A stretch of 64,000 bases of DNA from Candidatus Shapirobacteria bacterium (lineage in GTDB: Bacteria; Patescibacteriota; Microgenomatia; UBA12405), in the NCBI GenBank assembly GCA_041658125.1, contig JBBAAS010000001.1:15917-79916 (forward strand), in the 5' to 3' direction. Below, in pieces: positions 18,704 to 28,649 of the stretch (position 1 is its first letter; each line of letters starts with the position of its first letter). The position numbers were made by a program, and so were the translations under genes. The notes under the pieces are model-generated. The model was given only the letters and a program-made list of their open reading frames with translations, made no database searches and was not told the origin of the DNA.

Positions 18704-19984
18704 ATGATAATTTTGAAAAAGGTAGCAGTAATTGGATTAGGATATGTAGGATTGCCGACGTTGGTGGCTATTCATAAAACCGGTAAATACCAAGTAGTGG
18801 GTTTTGATATTGATAAAAAAAAGATAAAGAATATGAAAAATGGGATATCCCCGATTGAAGATGAGAATGTTGTTAAGGCGATAAGGAAAAAATCTCTTTT
18901 GGTTACAGATGATGAAAACGATTTGCGTGATAGCGATGTTTTCTTAATATGTGTGCCGACGCCGGTTTTTTCAGACTATTCCCCTGATTACGGTCCGGTG
19001 GAATCAGCGACAAAAGTTTGTGCGAAATACTTAAAGAAAGGTTGTCACTTTGTTTTGGAATCAACGGTAAATCCGGGGACTTGTGAAGAGATAGTAAAGC
19101 CAATTTTAGAGAGTGTAAGTGGTTTGACGGCGGGGAAAGATTTTAATGTTGCCCATTGTCCCGAAAGAATAAATCCCGGCGACAAAAAGTGGAATATATA
19201 TAACATTAACCGAAACATAGGGTCTATTAATAGCGAATGGAATGGAATTATCGCTGATTTTTATAGAAGTTTTGTCACTGATGCCAAAATTAACGAAGTG
19301 AGTTGTTTGAAAGTAGCAGAGTCGACAAAAATTGTGGAAAATACTTTTAGGGATATTAACATTGCTTATGTTAATGAATTGGCACAATCGTTTGACGCGA
19401 TGGACATTGATTTGCATGAGACTTTAATGGCGGCCTCAAACAAACCCTTTGCTTTTATGGTTCATTGGCCGGGTTGTGGAGTCGGTGGACATTGTATTGC
19501 GGTGGATCCTTATTACTTGATAAAGAGGGCGGGGTTAGCCGGTTTTAATCATCGGTTTTTAAAGATTGCTCGGGAGATTAATAATAGTATGCCGGAGTAT
19601 GCGGTGAACAAATTGATGCTGGGATTAAATGAAATGGGATTATCGGTTAAGGGAACAAAAATTACTCTTTTGGGATTAAGTTATAAGGCAAACGTTGGTG
19701 ACTTAAGGGAAAGTCCGGCGTTGGAAATTGAAAAATGTTTACGGAAGCTTGGGGCCGATTTAATTGTTTATGATCCGTATGTCGATAATGGGATAAAAAA
19801 TTTAAGAGAAGCAATAAAAGATTCAAAAGCAATCGTATTGGCAACTGCACACAAAATATTTGTTGAAGAGTTGTTGGATAAATTAAAAAATAGTAAGGTA
19901 AGATTAATTATTGATGGAAGAAACTGTTTAGACAGCGGTAAAATTAAAAAATTAAAAATAATTTATAAAGGAATTGGAAGATGA
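18704..19984 (+). CDS. Nucleotide-sugar dehydrogenase (UDP-glucose/GDP-mannose dehydrogenase family; WecC/WbpA/Ugd-like)
   Basis: 426 aa. VAVIGLGYVGLPTLVAI NAD-binding motif, ICVPTP, catalytic-Cys region GCGVGGHCIAVDPYYL. Confidence 0.85.
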   Translation: MIILKKVAVIGLGYVGLPTLVAIHKTGKYQVVGFDIDKKKIKNMKNGISPIEDENVVKAIRKKSLLVTDDENDLRDSDVFLICVPTPVFSDYSPDYGPVESATKVCAKYLKKGCHFVLESTVNPGTCEEIVKPILESVSGLTAGKDFNVAHCPERINPGDKKWNIYNINRNIGSINSEWNGIIADFYRSFVTDAKINEVSCLKVAESTKIVENTFRDINIAYVNELAQSFDAMDIDLHETLMAASNKPFAFMVHWPGCGVGGHCIAVDPYYLIKRAGLAGFNHRFLKIAREINNSMPEYAVNKLMLGLNEMGLSVKGTKITLLGLSYKANVGDLRESPALEIEKCLRKLGADLIVYDPYVDNGIKNLREAIKDSKAIVLATAHKIFVEELLDKLKNSKVRLIIDGRNCLDSGKIKKLKIIYKGIGR

Positions 19985-20025
19985 AAAAATTAGTGGTTAT
20001 GATTCCGGCTTATAACGAGCGATGA
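19981..20025 (+). pseudogene. Truncated N-terminus of a DPM1-like GT2 gene (14 codons then stop)
   Basis: atgaaaaaattagtggttatgattccggcttataacgagcgaTGA encodes MKKLVVMIPAYNER*. The ATG overlaps the dehydrogenase stop (ATGA). The motif matches the N-terminus of the intact GT2 at 26059 (LILIPAYNEE). It is cut off 10 bp before a convergent low-GC gene. Confidence 0.55.
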
Positions 20026-20034
20026 CGAGTAGCA

Positions 20035-21306
20035 TCAATAGCTTTTACTAACTATAAAAACATAATTAGTTGTAGCTGAACCGCCAATATTTAACATCAT
20101 GGAATTATTGGTATTTTTGACTTGGTAACTACCTGCAGTATTTGTAATTTGTTTATGTAAATCTAGCAACATTCTGACTCCGGTAGCTCCGACTGGATGG
20201 CCACATCCGATTAGTCCTCCGCTAGGATTAATTGGATTTTTACCATTAAATTTAATTGAGCCGTTTTCAACGGCCTCATACTCCTTGCCGGGTTTGGTTA
20301 TACCAAAAGCAGAGATAGCGGCATATTCGCTGGAAGTGAAACAATCATGAGTCTCATATAAATCAATGTCATTTTCTTTAAGGTTGGACCGTTTTAGAGC
20401 ATCCAAGACAGTTTGTCTTGTCCAGGGTAATACAAAAGCTTGATCTTGTGATTCTTTTATTTTTTCGGAAAATTGGACAGGGGCAACCCGATGTCCCCAA
20501 CCGATTATTTCAGAAAAATTTTTATTGGTTAAGTTTCTTTTGGTTTTGTAATTTTGTAAATATTTTTTAGAGGATAAAATTACAACTGCAGCGCCATCAG
20601 TAACTTGAGAACAGTCGGCAACGGCAAGTTTACCGCCGACCAACATATTATTTTTAGTATTGCGATTATTGGCATGTTCTTTATTCATGAACCAACTTCT
20701 TGTTTGAGCATTTGGATTATTTTTAGCATTACTGTAATTAATTGCTGAAATCTCGGCTAAACAATCCAAATATTTTTTTTCATCTAAGGAATATTTTTTT
20801 ATGTAAATATCAGCTAATTGACCAAAAAGTTTTGGAAAGGGAAAAGAAATACCTTTAGCCTCTTTATCGTAGTAAGCGGCGGTTCCTAAATAATCTCCAC
20901 AGAGGGCTGAATTGACAGTTTTCATTAATTCAATACCCAAAACTATAGCGACATCGTAATCCCCTGCCCTTATCTTTGAAGAAGCGGAATCGATGGCGAC
21001 TGAACCAGAGGCACAAGCGGCTTCATATCTGGCACTGGGGATGCCATAAAAAGAAGGATTAATTTCGGTAAAAAAAGCACCTAAATGGCCTTGGTTGAAG
21101 TATTGTTCACCATCGAAGTTACCAACAAAGAGACCAATTTTATTTTGTTTATTGAGGGAGAAAATTTCTTTATAGTCCAAGTTGGTATTTAGAAGAGTAT
21201 CTTCAACCACTTCCCGCATCATTGCTAAAAAAGTTTTGCCTTCTTTAACCCAATTTCTTTGAAAGTCTGTTTGAGAACCACCAATTATATAGACGGGGTT
21301 TTTCAT
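20035..21306 (-). CDS. Thiolase (acetyl-CoA C-acetyltransferase, SCP-x/archaeal-type thiolase superfamily)
   Basis: 423 aa. Nucleophile-Cys region [17 protein letters not shown]-terminal [17 protein letters not shown]. Confidence 0.75.
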   Translation of the reverse strand: MKNPVYIIGGSQTDFQRNWVKEGKTFLAMMREVVEDTLLNTNLDYKEIFSLNKQNKIGLFVGNFDGEQYFNQGHLGAFFTEINPSFYGIPSARYEAACASGSVAIDSASSKIRAGDYDVAIVLGIELMKTVNSALCGDYLGTAAYYDKEAKGISFPFPKLFGQLADIYIKKYSLDEKKYLDCLAEISAINYSNAKNNPNAQTRSWFMNKEHANNRNTKNNMLVGGKLAVADCSQVTDGAAVVILSSKKYLQNYKTKRNLTNKNFSEIIGWGHRVAPVQFSEKIKESQDQAFVLPWTRQTVLDALKRSNLKENDIDLYETHDCFTSSEYAAISAFGITKPGKEYEAVENGSIKFNGKNPINPSGGLIGCGHPVGATGVRMLLDLHKQITNTAGSYQVKNTNNSMMLNIGGSATTNYVFIVSKSY

Positions 21307-21307
21307 A

Positions 21308-22603
21308 TTAGTTTGCTTTTATATAATTGCGAAAATCTAATTCGTTTTGTAGAGTATAAAATTTTGTTTTTTCAGAGTGTTGTGCGATTTCTTCTGGAAC
21401 TGATAGTTTATATTGTTTAATTAATTTAATTGCTTCTTTTTTGCCGCCTATTAGGTCAATTAAAGCACATGGCGGCAACCAGTTAAATCCATAAGCCATT
21501 ACCCTATCAAGATCCTCTTTATTTTTTACAACCGGTCTTATTAAAGATAGGGAATAACTAATATATCGGGCGAAAAAATATTTAATAATTTCTGATTCAA
21601 AAGTTTTAGTTTTTAACAGTAGTTCAAAAGCTTTGTTGTATTCTCCATTTGAGATTTTTTCTTTAACTTGATCGATAAATTCAATATTAAATTTTGGAAT
21701 TGGTTCATATATTTTTTTATTGATATTAAAAACTAATCTTTGATCACCTTCTTTTTTATAAAAACCTTGCCCACATTTATCACCTAAAGAATTATTTGAA
21801 ATTAAATATTCAACAAATTCAGGCATTTTATATGATTCATGGGCATAGTCGTTGGTTAGATTATAAATATTATTTACGATTGCTTTATGAACATCGAGGC
21901 CGACAAGATCAATGGTAGCGATTGGCGGTAAGCTTCGACCGGTAAACCCCCCTAATAATTTGTCCATAAGAGCAATTCCTCCTTCTTTTTGGTATTTTTG
22001 GGCAAACTGAAGGGTTTCATTAAGTAGCTGGAATCCGATTCTATTGCCAGCAAATCCTGGAGTGTCGTTAACAATAACAACTTTACGGTGTAAAGTTGTT
22101 TGTAAATAATCGAATAGTTCTTTTTGAATTTCGGGATCAGAATTCGGCCCGGCAATTAATTCACAAAGGATCATTTTGTATGGTGGGTTATAGAAATGGG
22201 TGCCGAAATAATGTCTTTGTTGGGTGGGAGTGAAACATTTTGATAATTCGGTAATGGAAAGACCGGAAGAAACGGTAGAGATAATGGTATTGTTTTTGGT
22301 TAATAAAGATATCTTGTGGTTTATTTGTTTTTTGAGTTCTAGATCTTCGGACGTAAGTTCGAAAACCCAATCACTTTCAGACAGACATTCTTTTAGATCA
22401 TCGTAAGTTTTAGGAATAAGTTGATCTTTAATAACATCAGATTTGATGGAGTCAACGGCGATATCAATTCCCTCTTGAGCTTTTTCTAAAGAACGGGCGA
22501 TCATAAATATTTTGGCATTGCCGAAACCAGCGATAATACCAGCGCAATGAGAGCCCATAGCACCGTTGGCGCCGAGAATAGTGACGGTTTTAATCAGAAT
22601 CAT
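21308..22603 (-). CDS. 3-hydroxyacyl-CoA dehydrogenase (NAD-binding 3HCDH family)
   Basis: 431 aa. [23 protein letters not shown]-terminal Rossmann fold and a 3HCDH-like middle region. Immediately upstream of the thiolase with a 1-bp gap. Confidence 0.7.
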   Translation of the reverse strand: MILIKTVTILGANGAMGSHCAGIIAGFGNAKIFMIARSLEKAQEGIDIAVDSIKSDVIKDQLIPKTYDDLKECLSESDWVFELTSEDLELKKQINHKISLLTKNNTIISTVSSGLSITELSKCFTPTQQRHYFGTHFYNPPYKMILCELIAGPNSDPEIQKELFDYLQTTLHRKVVIVNDTPGFAGNRIGFQLLNETLQFAQKYQKEGGIALMDKLLGGFTGRSLPPIATIDLVGLDVHKAIVNNIYNLTNDYAHESYKMPEFVEYLISNNSLGDKCGQGFYKKEGDQRLVFNINKKIYEPIPKFNIEFIDQVKEKISNGEYNKAFELLLKTKTFESEIIKYFFARYISYSLSLIRPVVKNKEDLDRVMAYGFNWLPPCALIDLIGGKKEAIKLIKQYKLSVPEEIAQHSEKTKFYTLQNELDFRNYIKAN

Positions 22604-22610
22604 TTGATTT

Positions 22611-23429
22611 TTATATTTTGGGAAAATGGTAATACTGTTTGAAAGAAGTGGTAGGAAAATCTTTGAGAATAGTTTTCAGTTTATTCAATGTTCTATTGAT
22701 ATTGTAATAGTGAATAAAATATTCTTTGGGTGGTAATTTTATTCTTGGCTGGAGAAGATCAATTTCCCGGGGATGAATATAAAAGATTACCGGTTGTTTT
22801 TGTTGATTTATTTTATGGGTAAAATATTTTATAAAGATAGAAGGGAAACAACGCAAATAAAAACCACCAGAAAATGGAATCCTTTTACGGAAGATTTGAT
22901 AGGTAGAAGGAGGAATTTCTAATATGCCCCCGATAGTACTTTGAAATTGGTCGGCATGATTATCTCCGTAAAGAAAAGTTTTAAAAGGGAAGATACTAGA
23001 TGAATATTTGAAACCATAATTTTTTAAAGTTTGCCAAAACCAGGGAGTTCGATTCTGATCAACGGACCATGCTGGAGCACGATAGCCAATTATTTTTTGG
23101 TGAGTTAAGTTCTCAAGAATATCTTTTGATTCTTTTACATCGTTTTCAAATTGTTTTTGGCTCATGTTGTAAATAAAGTTATGATGGAGTGTGTGACAAG
23201 CAATTTCATGTCCCTGTTTAAAAATTTCTTTGATTAGCTGTGGGTGTTTTTGGGCAATCTCACCGACGACAAAAAAGGTACCAAAATTATTGCTTTGTTT
23301 AAGCAATTTTAATATTTTTTCAGTTGGATCTAAAATTCTGAAGTCGTTGGTTTTTATGGATCGCCCTTCTGGTGAGGAATGATACCAGTCCTCTAGATCT
23401 ACAGAAAAGATATTTGTATACTGCTTCAT
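22611..23429 (-). CDS. Polysaccharide deacetylase (CE4), PEP-CTERM-locus-type
   Basis: 272 aa. IFSVDLEDWYHS N-terminus, HEIACHTLHH metal-binding His motif. Confidence 0.7.
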   Translation of the reverse strand: MKQYTNIFSVDLEDWYHSSPEGRSIKTNDFRILDPTEKILKLLKQSNNFGTFFVVGEIAQKHPQLIKEIFKQGHEIACHTLHHNFIYNMSQKQFENDVKESKDILENLTHQKIIGYRAPAWSVDQNRTPWFWQTLKNYGFKYSSSIFPFKTFLYGDNHADQFQSTIGGILEIPPSTYQIFRKRIPFSGGFYLRCFPSIFIKYFTHKINQQKQPVIFYIHPREIDLLQPRIKLPPKEYFIHYYNINRTLNKLKTILKDFPTTSFKQYYHFPKI

Positions 23430-23490
23430 TGAGCTTTAGATAGGTATGTGATAAATTATTTCAAGCATTTTTAAGCTTTATTGATGGAAT

Positions 23491-24567
23491 ATGATAACAA
23501 ATAATAAATTTTCGTGGTGTGTTGGCGATTACCAGAGAAAGTATAAAAAAAGTATATTGGGACTATTTAAAAAGGAATATCCAGAATCAGTACTTTGGAA
23601 AGATGAATTTTTTGAGTGGCAACATTTTAAAAATCCGGCTGGAGAATCAATAATTAAACTGGCGATAAATACCAAAGAAGAAGTGGTGGGTTTTTATTGT
23701 GTTTTATTGCAGGATTATTTTATCAACAGAAAACTGTTTCACGGATCAATTTCTTTGAGTACGTTGGTTCGAGAGGATTATAGGGGTATGGGTATTTTTA
23801 CAATATTAGCTCAGGAATGTTACAAAGAGTGTTTTAAAAGAGGTGTCAAGTTTACTTTAGGTTTTCCGAATCAAAATTCATACCCCGGTTTTATTAGAAA
23901 ATTGGGGTTCTTAAATTTGGGTGAATTACCGCTTCTCATAAAACCTTATAGATTGAGTAATTTGGTAGCAGAGAAGCTAAATAGTGGGGTGATGGGGATG
24001 ATGGTGCGGCCAATTGATTTTCTAATAAATTTATTTAATAAAGATAGTTGCTGTGGATTGAGTGAGGATATGACCGATTCATTTCATGATTTGTTTTGGA
24101 GAAAGGCAAGAAAAAAATACCAGATAGTAGCAAATCGGGATGCAAGATTTATTGATTGGAGAACAAAATGGCCAGAAAGAAAATATAAATATTTTTGTGT
24201 CAAAAAAAATAACAAGATTGAAGGATACATAATACTTGGATTATTGGGAACAAAGAATGTAAAAAACGGTTTAATTGTGGATTTTGTGGTTAATGATTCA
24301 TCTGACGCCCAAAGTATTGGAAATGATCTACTGAAGGAAACTAATCATTACTGGAAAATGGAAAATGTTGATCAAGCAGGTTGTTTAATATCGAAAAATT
24401 CCTTTGAATTTAAGTTGTTGAGGAAAAACGGTTATTTTATTTGCCCAAATTTTTTAAAACCTCAACCAATGGTGGCTGTCTTTAAATGGCACGGAAATGA
24501 TTGTCCCTTAGAAGTGTCTGATCTTCAAAAATGGTATATTACCACGATTGATTATGATGTGGCGTAA
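23491..24567 (+). CDS. FemAB-related / BioF2-like (Acetyltransf_6) GNAT-fold acyltransferase
   Basis: 358 aa. Region VVGFYCVLLQDY ... LVREDYRGMGIFTILAQE ... KFTLGFPNQNSYPGF resembles FemAB-like N-acyltransferases found in exopolysaccharide loci. Confidence 0.55.
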   Translation: MITNNKFSWCVGDYQRKYKKSILGLFKKEYPESVLWKDEFFEWQHFKNPAGESIIKLAINTKEEVVGFYCVLLQDYFINRKLFHGSISLSTLVREDYRGMGIFTILAQECYKECFKRGVKFTLGFPNQNSYPGFIRKLGFLNLGELPLLIKPYRLSNLVAEKLNSGVMGMMVRPIDFLINLFNKDSCCGLSEDMTDSFHDLFWRKARKKYQIVANRDARFIDWRTKWPERKYKYFCVKKNNKIEGYIILGLLGTKNVKNGLIVDFVVNDSSDAQSIGNDLLKETNHYWKMENVDQAGCLISKNSFEFKLLRKNGYFICPNFLKPQPMVAVFKWHGNDCPLEVSDLQKWYITTIDYDVA

Positions 24568-24584
24568 AAAGTAAAAACAAAAAT

Positions 24585-26057
24585 ATGAAAGTGCTTTTAG
24601 TTACACCCCCATTTTATAGAATTCTGGGGATTTACAATCGGTATTTTCCATTAGGAATTACTCAATTGGGTACTGTTTTAAAAGATAAAGGATATAAAGT
24701 AGCAGTTTATGATGCTGATTATTATTCTGATCCGGACACGATTGATTATTCGCGTATCTCAGATAAGTTTCCCACTTATTTAAAATCTTTTAAAGAAAAG
24801 AACCAAATTTGGAGTGAAGTAATTGAAAACATAAAAAAATGGAAACCAGACGTAGTCGGAATATCCGCTTATACCACTTTTGCTGCTTCGGCTTTTCATT
24901 TAGCAAAATTAGTAAAGGAAAATATTGAAAACTGCAAGGTGATAATGGGTGGACCACATGCGACTGTCAGAGCTGAGGAAATTTTAGAAATTTGTCCTGA
25001 GGTAGATTATGTGGTCAGGGGTGAGGCAGAAGAGACAATGATTGAACTAATGAACCATGTTACTGGAAGGAAAAATGACGTAGAGAGTATTTCGGGAGTG
25101 TCTTTTAGAAAAGGGAAAAAGATTGTCTCGAATGGAGACAGATTGCAACCTAAAAATCTAGATAATTACCCTATGTTGAATAGATCTTTATTGATGAATA
25201 AAAATAAGTTATCATCGGAAGATATGGGTTTAATTATGACTAGCAGAGGTTGTCCGTATAGGTGTACATATTGTGCTTCAACAAAAGGAATTAGATATCG
25301 ATCGATAGGTAGTGTTATGGAGGAAGTCGAGGCTGTTTTTGAGAAATATGGGACGAGACAATTTACTTTTAAAGACGACTCTTTTACTGTAGACAGAAGC
25401 CGAGTGGTTGATTTGTGTAACCGTTTAATACAATGGAAGGTTAAAATAAATTGGGAATGTAACACGAGAGTTAATTTGGTAGATGAAGAACTACTGCGCT
25501 TGATGAAGAAGGCTGGGTGTAATTTTGTTAAAGTGGGAGTCGAGACTGGATCAGCTAGGGTACTTAAAATGATGAATAAGGGAATTAGTTTGGATCAGGT
25601 AAGGTCAGCATCAAAATTGTTTAGAAAGGTTGGATTACACTGGACTGGGTATTTTATGATGGGAGTGGTGGGGGAAACAGAGAAGGATATTCAGAAAACT
25701 GTGGATTTTATGCACGAAATAAAGCCAAACTTGGGTGTTATCGCGGTTTACGAGGCTTTTCCGGGAACTGTAATGTTTGAGGAAGGTTTAAAAAAAAGGT
25801 TGTATAGAGAAAATATGAGCTTGGAAGATTTTTATTCCATGGCTCCAGATAGTTATTATAAGGTTGATCCGAGAGTACAAAATGAAAAAATAACCCCGAA
25901 GAGATTTGAAATTATAAAAAAAGAAGTTAATAAAGAATTTCATCAACAAAACATGATGGTAGGAAATGTGATGGCGATGGCCAGGTCTAAAATAAGAGTT
26001 TATTACAGGGATCCAAAGATATTTTTTGATGATGTAAAAAAGATGTTAAGCTATTGA
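24585..26057 (+). CDS. Cobalamin-binding (class B) radical SAM enzyme
   Basis: 490 aa. N-terminal B12-binding-like Rossmann domain (KVLLVTPPFYRI ... GYKVAVYDAD), radical SAM cluster motif SRGCPYRCTYCAS (CX3CX2C). Confidence 0.8.
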   Translation: MKVLLVTPPFYRILGIYNRYFPLGITQLGTVLKDKGYKVAVYDADYYSDPDTIDYSRISDKFPTYLKSFKEKNQIWSEVIENIKKWKPDVVGISAYTTFAASAFHLAKLVKENIENCKVIMGGPHATVRAEEILEICPEVDYVVRGEAEETMIELMNHVTGRKNDVESISGVSFRKGKKIVSNGDRLQPKNLDNYPMLNRSLLMNKNKLSSEDMGLIMTSRGCPYRCTYCASTKGIRYRSIGSVMEEVEAVFEKYGTRQFTFKDDSFTVDRSRVVDLCNRLIQWKVKINWECNTRVNLVDEELLRLMKKAGCNFVKVGVETGSARVLKMMNKGISLDQVRSASKLFRKVGLHWTGYFMMGVVGETEKDIQKTVDFMHEIKPNLGVIAVYEAFPGTVMFEEGLKKRLYRENMSLEDFYSMAPDSYYKVDPRVQNEKITPKRFEIIKKEVNKEFHQQNMMVGNVMAMARSKIRVYYRDPKIFFDDVKKMLSY

Positions 26058-26058
26058 T

Positions 26059-26790
26059 ATGATTTTTAGAAAAGTTTTGATCTTGATACCGGCGTACAAT
26101 GAAGAGGCAAATATTGCGACTACTATAGCGAATATAAAAAAATTTACGAAAGGGAAAGGCTGGGATATTTTAGTTGTAGATGATGGGTCAAAAGATAAAA
26201 CATATTTAAAAGCAAAAAAGTGTGAGGTTATTGTAGTTCGCCATCCTTTTAATATGGGGTATGGGGTAGCAATACAAACCGGTTATAAGTTTGCTATTGA
26301 TGGAGGATATGACATACTGGTTCAAATTGATGCAGATGGTCAGCATGATCCCAAATATATTCCTAAGATGATCAATACATTACGAAGGGAGAAATTGGAT
26401 GTGGTCATTGGATCAAGATTTCGAAAAAAAACTGATTATCATGCGCCTTTTATGAGAAGATTGGGGATGATACTGTTTAGTTTGATTGTCAGTGCTGTAA
26501 CTCGTAGAAAAGTTACTGATTCGACGTCCGGCTATCAGGTTATTGATAAAAAAGTGTTGAATTTCTTGTCATCTGATTCTTTTCCTTGTGATTATCCGGA
26601 CGCTGACCTGTTAATTATGTTATATTTTGCCGGATTTAAAGTGGATGAAATACCCATGAAAATGTATGAAAATAAAACAGGAAAATCAATGCATGGTAGT
26701 CTCATCAAAAATTTCTATTATGTAATGAAAATGTCTTTATCGATTTTAACGATTGTTCTTAGAAAAGTTACAGGTTTACCAAGTTTTTAA
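26059..26790 (+). CDS. Glycosyltransferase family 2, DPM1/GtrB/ArnC-like polyprenyl-phosphate sugar synthase
   Basis: 243 aa. VLILIPAYNEEANIATTIANI ... DILVVDDGSKDKT ... VQIDADGQHDP (DxD), small soluble GT-A typical of Dpm1/GtrB. Confidence 0.8.
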   Translation: MIFRKVLILIPAYNEEANIATTIANIKKFTKGKGWDILVVDDGSKDKTYLKAKKCEVIVVRHPFNMGYGVAIQTGYKFAIDGGYDILVQIDADGQHDPKYIPKMINTLRREKLDVVIGSRFRKKTDYHAPFMRRLGMILFSLIVSAVTRRKVTDSTSGYQVIDKKVLNFLSSDSFPCDYPDADLLIMLYFAGFKVDEIPMKMYENKTGKSMHGSLIKNFYYVMKMSLSILTIVLRKVTGLPSF

Positions 26791-26792
26791 AT

Positions 26793-27143
26793 ATGCCACT
26801 GGTACAAAAACTATTTTTCTATATTGTAGCCATGTTTTTATTGATGTTAATACTTAACTTAGTGAGAAAGCGAAAGTTGAGAGAAAATTATAGCTTATTG
26901 TGGATTTTCATATCTTTGGTGTTGATATTAATAGTTTTACTTTATCCTTGGTTGGTAAAATTTTCTAACTTATTTTTGGCTAATCCGACATCAATGATAA
27001 TGTTTTGTGGTATGGTAGCTTTATTATTATTAATATTACAGTTATGTTTAATGAATTCAGTTCAGGCGACACAGATAAAAAATTTAGTGCAAAAAATTAC
27101 TCTTTTAGAAGAAAAGGTTAAAAATGTATCTAAGAAAAAGTGA
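26793..27143 (+). CDS. Small 2-3 TM membrane protein (DUF2304-like; GtrA-position partner of DPM1-like GT2)
   Basis: 116 aa. Hydrophobic helices, conserved-looking LNLVRKRKLRENYSLLWI, C-terminal coiled coil. Starts 3 bp after the GT2 stop. Confidence 0.5.
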   Translation: MPLVQKLFFYIVAMFLLMLILNLVRKRKLRENYSLLWIFISLVLILIVLLYPWLVKFSNLFLANPTSMIMFCGMVALLLLILQLCLMNSVQATQIKNLVQKITLLEEKVKNVSKKK

Positions 27144-27191
27144 TTTGATTTATTTATAGACTTTAATGGTTTATATTGGTTAAATATAAGA

Positions 27192-28637
27192 ATGGATAAT
27201 AAAAATAATAATAGAGTTTATTTACTTTATCCTCCTATTTCAAAGAAAGAAAGATACTCGTCGGATTTGGGTAGTGCGGGAGGAGAACAAATTCCCTTGG
27301 GAATTTTTTGTTTGGCTGCTTATTTAAGAGAAAAAGGGTATGAAATGGCGGTTACTGATGGAGAGTCTGAAAAATTAACGACAAAACAAATAACAAGACA
27401 AATTAAAAAATTTGATCCATTTGTAGTTGGAATAAGTTCGACTACGGTTGCTTTTCACAGGGCGTTGGAAATGGCGAAATTAATAAAGAAAAAGTTTCCT
27501 AAAGTAATAATTTTAATTGGGGGTCCTCACGTAACATCAAATTATAAGGATGCTTTATCATTTGGTGTATTTGATTATGGTGTTTTAAGGGAAGGTGAAA
27601 TCACAACAGTTGAATTGTTAAAGACCATAAAGGGCAAGGGTAAAATTGAAGAAGTAAAAGGAATAGCTTATAAAAAAGATGGAAAAGTTATTGTTAATGA
27701 ACCCAGAGAGTACATTAAAAACTTAGATGAATTGCCGTTTCCCGCATATGATTTGATTGAGGATATAAATTTATATACACCTGATTTGTCAAATTATATG
27801 TCAACGCCGGTGGTTAATATTATGACAAGTCGCGGTTGTCCGAATCAGTGTACTTTTTGTGATAGAGCTGTATTTGGTCAGTTTTATAGAGAAATGTCGG
27901 CAGAAAGAGTAGTAGAATTAATAAAATATTTAGTGGAAAGATATAAAGTTCGAGAGATCGATTTTGTTGATGATACTTTCTTGATTAATAAATTACGATT
28001 TAAAAAAATCTTTCGATTACTAAAGGAAGAAGGAATTAAATTTTACTGGACATGTACAAGTAGAGTTAACGTTGTCGATTACGAGATTTTGAAATTGGCT
28101 AAAGAAACCGGTTGTTGGCACATTGCTTTTGGAATTGAGTCGGGTGACGAGGGTATTTTGAAACTGATTAAAAAGAATATTACTATGGAACAAGTGAGAA
28201 AGGCGTTGGGATGGTGTAAAGAACTTGGGATTAAGAGTAAGGGTTACTTTATTGTAGGCCATCCAGGCGATACTTTGGAAACAATAAATAAAACAATTAA
28301 ATTGGCTTATAACTTGCCTTTAGATGATATATTAGTAACCATAAATACGCCAATTCCGGGGTCACCCCAATATTATTTTATTAAGGAATATGGGGATTTT
28401 GATGAGTCTGATTGGTCTAAATTCAATTGTTGGAGGCCGGTGTTTATTCCTAAGGGATTAACGAAAGAAATACTTTTGAAAAAACAAAGGGAAATGTATC
28501 GAAAGTTTTATGTAAGGCCAAGAATTATATGGCGATATTTAAGGGGTACCTTGGGTCGAGGTGGGATGAAGAGGTTAAAATCATTAATGGGAGCGGCTAA
28601 ATATCTGATGTCTAAACCGAACCTGGAGGGTTTATAA
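27192..28637 (+). CDS. Cobalamin-binding (class B) radical SAM enzyme
   Basis: 481 aa. B12-binding-like N-domain (GYEMAVTDGE ... VVGISSTT ... ILIGGPH), cluster motif SRGCPNQCTFCD. Confidence 0.8.
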   Translation: MDNKNNNRVYLLYPPISKKERYSSDLGSAGGEQIPLGIFCLAAYLREKGYEMAVTDGESEKLTTKQITRQIKKFDPFVVGISSTTVAFHRALEMAKLIKKKFPKVIILIGGPHVTSNYKDALSFGVFDYGVLREGEITTVELLKTIKGKGKIEEVKGIAYKKDGKVIVNEPREYIKNLDELPFPAYDLIEDINLYTPDLSNYMSTPVVNIMTSRGCPNQCTFCDRAVFGQFYREMSAERVVELIKYLVERYKVREIDFVDDTFLINKLRFKKIFRLLKEEGIKFYWTCTSRVNVVDYEILKLAKETGCWHIAFGIESGDEGILKLIKKNITMEQVRKALGWCKELGIKSKGYFIVGHPGDTLETINKTIKLAYNLPLDDILVTINTPIPGSPQYYFIKEYGDFDESDWSKFNCWRPVFIPKGLTKEILLKKQREMYRKFYVRPRIIWRYLRGTLGRGGMKRLKSLMGAAKYLMSKPNLEGL

Positions 28638-28649
28638 CCGTAAGTTTAT

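Noticed and set aside
20035-23429. Thiolase/HADH/deacetylase block as a fatty-acid beta-oxidation or PHB operon
   Set aside because: No enoyl-CoA hydratase, acyl-CoA dehydrogenase, PHA synthase or phasin is present. The context is exclusively glycan-modifying, with a deacetylase and a FemAB-like acyltransferase. The sugar-acylation interpretation is favoured, but this is kept as a hypothesis.
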